14,107 bases of DNA from positions 1-14,107 of the forward strand of contig JAHQWW010000096.1 in assembly GCA_029856365.1 (NCBI GenBank). The letters are read 5' to 3'. This DNA comes from Candidatus Hodarchaeota archaeon (GTDB taxonomy: Archaea > Asgardarchaeota > Heimdallarchaeia > Hodarchaeales > Hodarchaeaceae). Both the position numbers and the translations under genes were made by a program. Shown piece by piece: positions 8,101-14,107 of the stretch. The first letter of the stretch is position 1; every line of letters starts with the position of its first letter. The notes beneath the pieces are model-generated. The model was not told the origin of the DNA. It worked only from the letters and a program-made list of their open reading frames with translations, and did no database searches.

Positions 8101-9772
8101 GTTTCGAGACTACCTCTGCACCCGTGGATTTATACTCGATCCAATACGAAGCATTACCGAAGGGTTCTCCGACTTGATAATTGAGATCGATTATGTCAGT
8201 AACATTTGCTCTAAAGGGTAATGAGATTGGTGTGCTGTAATGTTCCAAAATGAAGCTAGAAATATAATTTGTCGCATTAAACAGAACGTGCCAAGTGACA
8301 TTCCCGATTAATTCACTGGCATTAATTACCAATGTTGTTTTACCAAAGGTATATTTGTGTGATGGATTACCATCCCAAGTCACATTGGCGTTATTAGTTA
8401 ACTCAGAATACTCTGGGGATTTAGAATCATTCCAGTAGATTTTTGAAGCATTCCAATCAGCTTGGATGCCATTAATAACTATATGACGATTTCGAATCGT
8501 ATCTGTAGTATTGACTTTTATTGTAGAAAAAGTTAGATTCCAAAATGCAATTGAACCATTCTGGACTTGATACCTAGTAGAAGCAGTAAGTGGATTATAA
8601 GAGTATGAATAATTGACTTGGCTTTTTATGGCGAAAGACACTGAAGTATTAGTAGAGAAATCATGTGAATCCGTATTGTTTGCCTTGAAAGAGAAGGAAT
8701 CGAGTTTATAATCTATATTATAAGTCATTGAAACTTCTTTAGGATTTGAATAGATCAGATTGTCCCAATTTGCATCAGTGGGAAGCACTCTAATCGCTGA
8801 AAGGATGTCAGTCGCTCCAAGAAAAGGGTCAACTGACCAGTTACCGTCATGTGCTGATTTTACAACCCAGACACCAGCATCACCATTAGTTAAGTCATCT
8901 TGGCAATACCATTCCCAGTACCCTTTCGTTTTGTCTCCAGTATCATTAAGAACCAACCAATAAAAGCCTTTAGTGACATTGATTGGTTTTGGAAAAGAAT
9001 ATGTAGCCCATGCAGGATCCCACACTGGTCCTGTATCCAAAAAACCAAACTCCTCTTCTAATAATGTTGTACTGAGTTGGTTCCCTGGTTTTCCAGAGTT
9101 ATCGCTAAAAATTGATACATTTCCATGAGGGATTTCGCCATCAATAGCTACATCGATATACTTGAGAAGAACCTCAACACTAGTAATATTAGCATAATCA
9201 TCTTTAACTTCAAATTTTTGCCCAACTTCGAGAAAACTAATCGATATTAGGGCATCTGAATCAGATGTTTCATTCTCTATTAAGCGCCAGTCCTCTTCTG
9301 CAGTGATATTCTGGATAACCATATCCAAGGAATTTCTCGAGAAATTCGTTAAGTTACTAAAAGTAAGAGTTGTATTATGCCGACTAGGATTGCCTTTCAC
9401 CTCACCAATTGAGGCATCTATTGTGTCGACAGAACTTGAATTGATCTTGATTAGTGAATCATAAACTTGATAAATTCCCTCTCCGTTCCCTACTTGGTTA
9501 CCAATTATAAAAGTAGGGGATTTCAAAGTCTTAGGACTATCAGAAGCATTATTTTCTGATAAAGATAAGGAAAAATCAGTTAATTTTTCCTTTAATCTAT
9601 TTATTGATACCAACCTAATTTCCTCAGAATCAATTGAGGAATCCCCAAATTGGCTGAAATCTTGAATAAATAGAAATGGCCCAATAGATAGTAAGATGCT
9701 ACTTAATAAAAAAAAAATAGTAATATGGCTGTGAAACTGGGTTAAGTTTTTGTACTGTGCAAGGGGATTCAT
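5186..9772 (-). CDS. 1528-aa receptor-like single-pass membrane glycoprotein with cytoplasmic longin/roadblock-like domain and putative C-terminal winged helix
   Basis: N-terminal hydrophobic segment (ITIFFLLSSILLSIGPFLFI), then a ~1200-aa beta-rich ectodomain with >50 N-x-S/T sequons by manual count. TM helix IFQIIGFVLMVVAVLLFGGLAIGASIQFI (~5942-6028) is followed by basic RKRETRK. The tail has no sequons and shows a longin-like pattern (IRLILARHESGLQFY...DPDALSGMSTAISSF...IETISREGFYMLIWNGKYSSIIII...LGHELEETF). GGGGA lies upstream of the ATG. Confidence 0.9.
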   Translation of the reverse strand: MNPLAQYKNLTQFHSHITIFFLLSSILLSIGPFLFIQDFSQFGDSSIDSEEIRLVSINRLKEKLTDFSLSLSENNASDSPKTLKSPTFIIGNQVGNGEGIYQVYDSLIKINSSSVDTIDASIGEVKGNPSRHNTTLTFSNLTNFSRNSLDMVIQNITAEEDWRLIENETSDSDALISISFLEVGQKFEVKDDYANITSVEVLLKYIDVAIDGEIPHGNVSIFSDNSGKPGNQLSTTLLEEEFGFLDTGPVWDPAWATYSFPKPINVTKGFYWLVLNDTGDKTKGYWEWYCQDDLTNGDAGVWVVKSAHDGNWSVDPFLGATDILSAIRVLPTDANWDNLIYSNPKEVSMTYNIDYKLDSFSFKANNTDSHDFSTNTSVSFAIKSQVNYSYSYNPLTASTRYQVQNGSIAFWNLTFSTIKVNTTDTIRNRHIVINGIQADWNASKIYWNDSKSPEYSELTNNANVTWDGNPSHKYTFGKTTLVINASELIGNVTWHVLFNATNYISSFILEHYSTPISLPFRANVTDIIDLNYQVGEPFGNASYWIEYKSTGAEVVSKLNISYNNTLVSDSWDINDTLDQTRNINGTYDLQVFWISLDKVKVGTFTRTIDLLVNTSFNIQFDTEVIVDNFLNITAVYKSIHNDTDVRNALIWCDANWTTATDVKMNQIPTDHSYNASFTTKDQIPGTTGTVTITTHVAWFVNWTKVINVNFVKNSSLIVNATSVVLEWCDDTTLRVEYNITGGTGIDGATITVAGVNITKSTDVYFIQLNSTQFPGTGNYTDVVIKANKVGFHTRKWYFNLTIISAHTNLTANIGTTPIQNNSGRYSTKLSQGSSDSFTLNVQIYHVINGELLNTSEPFIDSPVPLLNDPHQESNFSWSYIFDPEQSGVYNICIEFDQQYYTSSYFVFQLEILKASTSIVSNLDTPENIFFTDSSEFFLLLNNTDYNELITGGSPNVNATSIVTFINSTNNYYWFRFDSSNLQLGFQAVSITFSHSEFESSSTILIFDVIEMPTANVSLAEVHMTNNGIIQIEEDLEITIDTYHTYHGIEITHLDTIELWLNSSSVPSSTYTMEIEQTPFKIIFHTVGWKFGSYNMSIQISAFGYQAQEIQLNITLKGIPIEISVDIEPGKNIQEGEDVKFIVTLRYQTDYQQGFGAGVNQQTPLAGINISFSIGIEYKNGTIKILNHITQTDESGKAVFIIDGHNTKAALGFTNVTIQSGAGLSSLQSSYSIPSSELETIRILSPAIDIFQIIGFVLMVVAVLLFGGLAIGASIQFIQRKRETRKTLIQKHDTAVEQSFEDIKSIRLILARHESGLQFYVEKTLSEFQTDPDALSGMSTAISSFIGDVAGNMQTRGEEGTSKKSIETISREGFYMLIWNGKYSSIIIISEAQLPEYFKERLTALGHELEETFKDQLKDIFTTEQFPSSIIRKMVRKHISLHYFSAFALNEGILTLKNIKLSRKDKKMLSLIKEIHLQKNGLCYLFSEQIISHLERKYKRSEAIEFLEKTINWNLLIELTQEEQKKLIS
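9708..9717 (-). repeat. T10 homopolymer (A10 on + strand) in the signal-peptide coding region of the 1528-aa gene
   Basis: The + strand reads ...cttaat-AAAAAAAAAA-tag... and encodes T-I-F-F-L on the minus strand. Confidence 0.9.
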
Positions 9773-9956
9773 TATTTCATCCCACTTTGAGTCCAGACAT
9801 ATTACTAAGGGGAAAGGAATGGTGACAATGTTCCAAGCTAGATCAACGACTAGATTGAGAATAGTATATCACAGTGGTATATAATCAATTCTATAGAAAG
9901 TACAGAAGTGATTATATTCTTAATGAATAACACTGGAATTCCTTCTCTAAGCACAG

Positions 9957-11237
9957 TTAATTATTTTGTTTACGCTTATTACTCGAATTACAACGACCAT
10001 ATGAAAAAACCATTACTACATCATGCGAATGGCATTCATTAGCATTATTATTTGTTACTCTGAAAACGATTGCTTCACATTGGAATGAGTCGATTTGGGA
10101 GACTTCACTGATAAAAGATTTGATGTTACTAGCAATTACTCCTAAGGTGACTTTATCTGAGCCATCACATTTCTTAGAGGAGCAAATTTCTATGTTTTTA
10201 ATTTCTATAAGGAAAACAAAGCCATTTGATGCCTCTTTGAATTTAAGCCAATCAATTCTTTTGTTTAAACCACGTTTTTCACATGCTTTATGGAAAGGTT
10301 TTTCACTAGATTTATATTCAATACCTGATTTCTTGATAGTATATTTTTCAATTTTTAATGTTACAACGTATTTTACCTTTCCTTTACCATGACTTTCGAA
10401 TACATGCGTATAATACTCGGGTTCAGGCTCGGGCTCGGGTTCAGGTTCGGGTTCAGGTTCGGGCTCGGGTTCAGGCTCGGGCTCTGAATTCATAGTGAGA
10501 ATTCTGATCTCAGAAAGTAAATCACCTGGGGGAAATGGATTAAGTACCCAACTGCTATCATGAGATGATTTTGCTGCCCAGTCACCAGTATCTCCATTGG
10601 TTTGATCATCTTGTGTGTACCATTCCCAAAAACCAGCCGCTTGATTCCCAGTATCACTTAATACTATCCAGTAAAATCCTTGAACTACGTTTATTGGGTC
10701 CAAAAATGTGAAAGTAATCCATGTTGGCCCAATCGATACACCTAAATCAAGGGATGCAAATCCTTCTTCCAAGGTGGTCGTACCAAGTGGAGTGCCTGGT
10801 TCCCCATCAATGTCATTAAAGATAGAAACGGTTCCTTGAGGATATTCTCCGTCCTTGAAAAGATCAATATATTGTATATAGAGTTTAATTTGAGTAATAT
10901 TAGCGTTTTCTTCTACTATTTCGAATTTTTGAGCTGCTTCAATATAAGTTGCAGAGACCCTTGTGTCACTATCCTCAGTTTCATTTTCAATTATCAACCA
11001 ATAATCATAAGCACCACTGTTAATATCTGCTGTTTCAGAAGTCTCGTCAGCTATTTCAACAGATAATTGAGAAAGATCGGTTTCGTAAACATTGTTTGGA
11101 AAAGTATTGTTATCGTCTGTTTTATCGATTATTTGATTAGAAAGTAAATTTTCATGATTCACAGTTGAACTACCGAAAATGAAGAATGCTATGATTAATA
11201 GACTCATTTTATGTTGACTTATAATTGTCCTTATCAT
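9957..11237 (-). CDS. 426-aa exported protein: beta-sandwich domain paralogous to the receptor N-terminal domain, (EP)n linker, basic Cys-containing C-terminal domain
   Basis: Signal-like segment (KMSLLIIAFFIFGSS). The domain AQKFE..ANITQIKL...VSIFND..GEPG..L...W.TFTF..PINV..GFYWIVL..WEWY resembles choice-of-anchor-R-type extracellular domains and aligns gap-free to 8822-9292. There is no C-terminal TM helix. Confidence 0.88.
   Translation of the reverse strand: MIRTIISQHKMSLLIIAFFIFGSSTVNHENLLSNQIIDKTDDNNTFPNNVYETDLSQLSVEIADETSETADINSGAYDYWLIIENETEDSDTRVSATYIEAAQKFEIVEENANITQIKLYIQYIDLFKDGEYPQGTVSIFNDIDGEPGTPLGTTTLEEGFASLDLGVSIGPTWITFTFLDPINVVQGFYWIVLSDTGNQAAGFWEWYTQDDQTNGDTGDWAAKSSHDSSWVLNPFPPGDLLSEIRILTMNSEPEPEPEPEPEPEPEPEPEPEPEYYTHVFESHGKGKVKYVVTLKIEKYTIKKSGIEYKSSEKPFHKACEKRGLNKRIDWLKFKEASNGFVFLIEIKNIEICSSKKCDGSDKVTLGVIASNIKSFISEVSQIDSFQCEAIVFRVTNNNANECHSHDVVMVFSYGRCNSSNKRKQNN
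10416..10484 (-). repeat. Coding hexanucleotide tandem repeat (GAR-CCY)n encoding (Glu-Pro)11-Glu linker
   Basis: The + strand reads ctcgggttcaggctcgggctcgggttcagg... (69 nt) with synonymous variation among units. It is GC-rich relative to its surroundings. Confidence 0.95.
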
Positions 11238-11844
11238 AACAAGTTACAGATGATCCAATGTAGTATATTAACTAAACTAGACAGTTTTTCCGAATTTCGG
11301 GGATTGCCTAACTCTTTTTATAATTTACTAGATAATTCTTACACAAATTCGAGAATAATCTTTGCTATGACAAGATCTAGATAGGTGTGTGTTGGAACAT
11401 ACATATATTTAGCCATGGTTTTTATGCAGTTTTACCTCCCTAGTATCAAGTTACTTATAATTCTCAGGAAATCCTTACGTTTCGATTTTGTTAAATTTTT
11501 CCTTTTTTTATCGGAAGTGTACCCAAATCCATGATCACCATAACGCTTTTAGCATTAAGGGTATTTTTTCCAATTCTTTTTTCTTTATTAGGACTCATTA
11601 GAAGATCTCAACCACTTGTTTCTTTTTCACTTGCCAAAAAAAGAAATTATTCTTATTAATGGTTAGATCCTTTACTAGTACTGATCATAGGTCGAGAATA
11701 AGTGTAATTTAAGGGAATTCTTACTATAGAAGCCATAAACTTTTGCATTTAGTTTACAAATAAGTCAAAAAATTGAACAAAACCAAGTAGTAAAATTTAA
11801 ACAGTCCATAGGGAAATTAAGTATTAATTTTCTTCTCTTTATTT

Positions 11845-11851
11845 GAGGTGA
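11845..11851 (+). promoter_or_regulatory. Shine-Dalgarno-like ribosome binding site of mscL
   Basis: GAGGTGA ends 4 nt before the ATG at 11856. Confidence 0.75.
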
Positions 11852-11855
11852 AAAA

Positions 11856-12182
11856 ATGACGACTGAAGCTGAAGAAAAACCAAAAAAGCTTTTACAAGAG
11901 TTTAAAGAATTTCTCAAGAATTATAAAGTTTTGGGATTAGCGGTGGCTTTCATTATGGGCATCTATTTAGGAGCACTCGTTCAAGCACTTGTTAATGATC
12001 TCATCATGCCCATTTTCGAACTCATTCCAGGAACGGATGTCCCATGGAACCAGATAACTTTTTCAATTAGTAATGCTGACTTTCTAATAGGCCATTTTGT
12101 TGGAGAATTGATCACGTTCATCATAATAGCGTTTGTTATATTTCTTATCGTAAAACTTGCTTCAAAATACGATATTGATTAA
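11856..12182 (+). CDS. mscL: Large-conductance mechanosensitive channel MscL
   Basis: N-terminal amphipathic LLQEFKEFL, TM1 VLGLAVAFIMGIYLGALVQALVNDLIMP and TM2 IGHFVGELITFIIIAFVIFLIVK all match MscL signatures. Confidence 0.95.
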   Translation: MTTEAEEKPKKLLQEFKEFLKNYKVLGLAVAFIMGIYLGALVQALVNDLIMPIFELIPGTDVPWNQITFSISNADFLIGHFVGELITFIIIAFVIFLIVKLASKYDID

Positions 12183-12393
12183 TTACTTGCGATTTTACTG
12201 TATTCAACTGGTGTACACGCTTTTCCCAAAATAAATTAAAGATCTAATAATCTAGCCTTCTACATAATAATAAGTCTAAAGATTTTTCTCTCCTAATTTT
12301 AGGATATTAAGTTCTAGGAAGTCTAATGGCGGATAATTAGGATTTTTAATAATTGTTCAATCAATAGAGAAGTGAATATTGATAATCCAGCTT

Positions 12394-12954
12394 CTACGAT
12401 CCTGATAACTGCAGATATTGTGGACGTGGGTGAATTTTTGCTATTATATTAAGAATGTTTGAAGCTAATGTGTGGAAGATCTCTATAATTTCCTGGCCAC
12501 CCCAAAGAGCAGAGGTTTCGTAATACAAACTATCAAACTTTTTTGCCATTAATTGGGCTTCTTCGGAGGAAATAACTTGATCTTTGATCAAATCATTTTT
12601 GTTACCAACTAACACCACAATTGAATGTGGGTTTACTTTGCTTCTATATTCCCTTATCCAGTGTGGTACTGCGTTGAATGACTTTCTGTCATTCAGAGCA
12701 AATACTACTAAACATCCCAAGGACCCTGTATAATAACTTGAACGTATTTTACCAAAAACTTCCTGCCCAGCTGTATCAGCCAATAGAAGTTTGATATGTT
12801 TACCATTTACGATTACTCGTTTTATTGTGTAATCAACACCAATAGTGGGTAAATAATTTGTTGAAAATTTCCAATCAGCAAATCTACGGATAAGGGAGGT
12901 TTTGCCAACATAGAATGAGCCAATTGAGCAAATTTTTAACACTAATTCATTCAT
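12394..12954 (-). CDS. Rab-like small GTPase (Ras superfamily), ~186 aa
   Basis: G1 GSFYVGKT, G2/RabF1-like YLPTIGVDY, G3 DTAGQE, RabF4-like YYTGS, G4 NKND, G5 ETSAL. The likely start is ATG 12954 (GGGGA upstream) rather than the track's TTG 13089. There is no C-terminal cysteine motif. Confidence 0.93.
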   Translation of the reverse strand: MNELVLKICSIGSFYVGKTSLIRRFADWKFSTNYLPTIGVDYTIKRVIVNGKHIKLLLADTAGQEVFGKIRSSYYTGSLGCLVVFALNDRKSFNAVPHWIREYRSKVNPHSIVVLVGNKNDLIKDQVISSEEAQLMAKKFDSLYYETSALWGGQEIIEIFHTLASNILNIIAKIHPRPQYLQLSGS

Positions 12955-13220
12955 TGCCAAGTAATTATCCCCGAACAATTTTAATAAAAATTCCTTCTTA
13001 ATTAATATTTTGGTATTTTTTAGAAAATATGGCAAGTCCTCCTCACAAGAGAAATAGAGGCCAATCCTAGGACTGTTAAGAGGCGACAAAACTTTTTAAA
13101 TATTAATTCGCTAAGATTAATGCGGTATTTTTACTGATAACCGATTAAGATTTATTCTCAAAAACTTAAAGCTTTTACAGGAACATATGGGATATAAAAT
13201 TTATCCATAAGGTGATCCAT

Positions 13221-13260
13221 TGTACTTACAAATGGAGAAGAATCCCCAGTGTAAGTTACA
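13221..13260 (-). terminator. Putative RNA stem-loop downstream of the MFS/75-aa ORF
   Basis: Minus strand TGTAACTTACA-C-TGGGGA-TTCT-TCTCCA-TT-TGTAAGTACA folds into a 10-bp outer stem (one bulged A) and a 6-bp inner stem with a G.U pair and a 4-nt loop. No U-tract follows, so terminator function is uncertain. Confidence 0.35.
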
Positions 13261-13286
13261 TCCTATTTTAAACTCCTCATTCTCGA

Positions 13287-13514
13287 TTACTGATAAACTT
13301 CGGGTGCAATACTTATTAGGAAAAAAGGTACAAATGAAAATACTGCAAGATTCTTTCTAAGAACAGGTCTTGATGTAAGTGTTCCAGTTAAGGAAGACAA
13401 TAGTTCTTGAATCTTTTTCTTCCAAAAAAGTATTCGTGCTAATCCAGCCTCTTTCGACAGTGTAAATCTAGAATATTCAGAAGTTGACTGGGGGTAAAAA
13501 GAGTTATTGATCAT
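13287..13514 (-). CDS. Hypothetical 75-aa protein (doubtful)
   Basis: The ATG start overlaps the MFS 3' end by 11 nt, which could indicate translational coupling. It has a hydrophobic C-terminal stretch (LAVFSFVPFFLISIA) but no recognisable motif. Confidence 0.3.
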   Translation of the reverse strand: MINNSFYPQSTSEYSRFTLSKEAGLARILFWKKKIQELLSSLTGTLTSRPVLRKNLAVFSFVPFFLISIAPEVYQ

Positions 13515-14107
13515 TTTTTACTTTATAGGCACCTGAATCTTTCATTAAAAGACTTACAATTGCTGCTATTCCAAAGACACCTGCAAACAGAATCATATCT
13601 GGCATAATTAGGAATATTATCCCTCCTAACTGGCCAAACATCATTAACACACCATTGGAGCTTTCTTCTGGTACAGGATGGGTTATTTCAGCTGCATAAG
13701 TTAGTCCAACAGGTAATGCTGGTACTAATATGAAACCAAAGATAAAAGCTAGTATTAATGTTAATACAAAATCTCCAGCACCAGTAATCCCCAGTAGTAG
13801 TGCTAAAGGTGTACTTACTATTAAAGCAACATTCAAAAAGATTTTTCGTTTGCCTAATTTATCTGATAATGAAGAAAGGATAACTGCGCCAAATATTCCG
13901 CCCAATATGATCAGTCCTCCAATCATCCCAGTATTAGGAGAAAATCGGCTGAAGATATCATCTATAGCACTCAATAAAGCGTTGAATATTCCTAAACCAG
14001 CAAAAAGTAAGAAGATGAGTAAATTGAAATCTCTATTCTCAAATAAATTCTTGATTCCTTTAGTATGGAACATTTTTTCACGAAAATATGGATTGGGTGG
14101 TTGTGAG
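13504..14107 (-). CDS. MFS transporter, SLC49/FLVCR-like, 5'-partial (C-terminal half only)
   Basis: The frame stays open upstream of the track's ATG 14073 to the window edge (SQPPNPYFREK-MFH...). It contains about 6 TM helices, MFS motif A-like SSLSDKLGKRK, and LPVGLTYAAEITHPVPEESSNGVL, which resembles the FLVCR/SLC49 'E.TYP..E..S.G.L' motif. Confidence 0.88.
   Translation of the reverse strand, partial: SQPPNPYFREKMFHTKGIKNLFENRDFNLLIFLLFAGLGIFNALLSAIDDIFSRFSPNTGMIGGLIILGGIFGAVILSSLSDKLGKRKIFLNVALIVSTPLALLLGITGAGDFVLTLILAFIFGFILVPALPVGLTYAAEITHPVPEESSNGVLMMFGQLGGIIFLIMPDMILFAGVFGIAAIVSLLMKDSGAYKVKNDQ

Noticed and set aside
10416-10484. GC-rich tandem repeat considered as a CRISPR or non-coding repeat
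   Set aside because: It has a 6-nt period with no spacers, varies only at synonymous positions and is in frame as an EP linker. No cas genes are present.
7503-11066. Plus-strand ORFs 7503-7691, 7688-7885, 8760-8963, 10120-10392 and 10836-11066
   Set aside because: All lie antisense within the well-supported 1528-aa and 426-aa genes.
12291-12304. Palindrome TCCTAA-TT-TTAGGA between convergent mscL and GTPase genes
   Set aside because: A 6-bp AT-rich stem with a 2-nt spacer is expected by chance and is too weak to call a terminator.
12955-13089. 45-aa N-terminal extension of the GTPase in the ORF track
   Set aside because: It depends on a TTG start in AT-rich promoter-like sequence. ATG 12954 has an SD-like GGGGA upstream and gives the normal distance to the first beta strand and P-loop.
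14071-14073. ATG 14073 as the start of a 189-aa half-size MFS protein
   Set aside because: The frame remains open to the window edge and includes the inter-domain linker, so the gene is simply cut by the window.
1-14107. tRNA, rRNA, transposase, integrase, reverse transcriptase/DGR or defence genes
   Set aside because: I saw no such motifs. The duplicated domain is diverged at all base types, not adenine-specifically, so it is not a DGR TR/VR pair.

Overview
AT-rich window that looks archaeal, most consistent with an Asgard archaeon (possibly Heimdallarchaeia/Hodarchaeales-like). This is inferred from a non-prenylated Rab-like GTPase, a single-pass surface protein with a cytoplasmic longin-like domain, and intron-free genes with SD-like sites. 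From left to right: (1) a >1540-aa secreted thermitase-like S8 protease on the minus strand, absent from the ORF track and running off the left edge, with 4 CARDB-like repeats, a NIDO-like domain and 2 GIFT/DUF4350-like domains; (2) a decayed GrpB/UPF0157 pseudogene; (3) a 1528-aa receptor-like type I membrane protein with a sequon-rich ectodomain, one TM helix and a cytoplasmic longin-like plus putative winged-helix tail; (4) a 426-aa exported protein carrying a ~53% identical copy of the receptor's N-terminal domain, an (EP)11E linker and a basic 6-Cys C-terminal domain; (5) mscL; (6) a Rab-like small GTPase; (7) a doubtful 75-aa ORF; (8) the 3' half of an SLC49/FLVCR-like MFS transporter. 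The best candidate for an undescribed system is a surface signalling module made of the exported paralog, the TM-longin receptor, the nearby Rab-like GTPase and possibly the surface protease. All domain calls come from manual motif recognition, not database searches.
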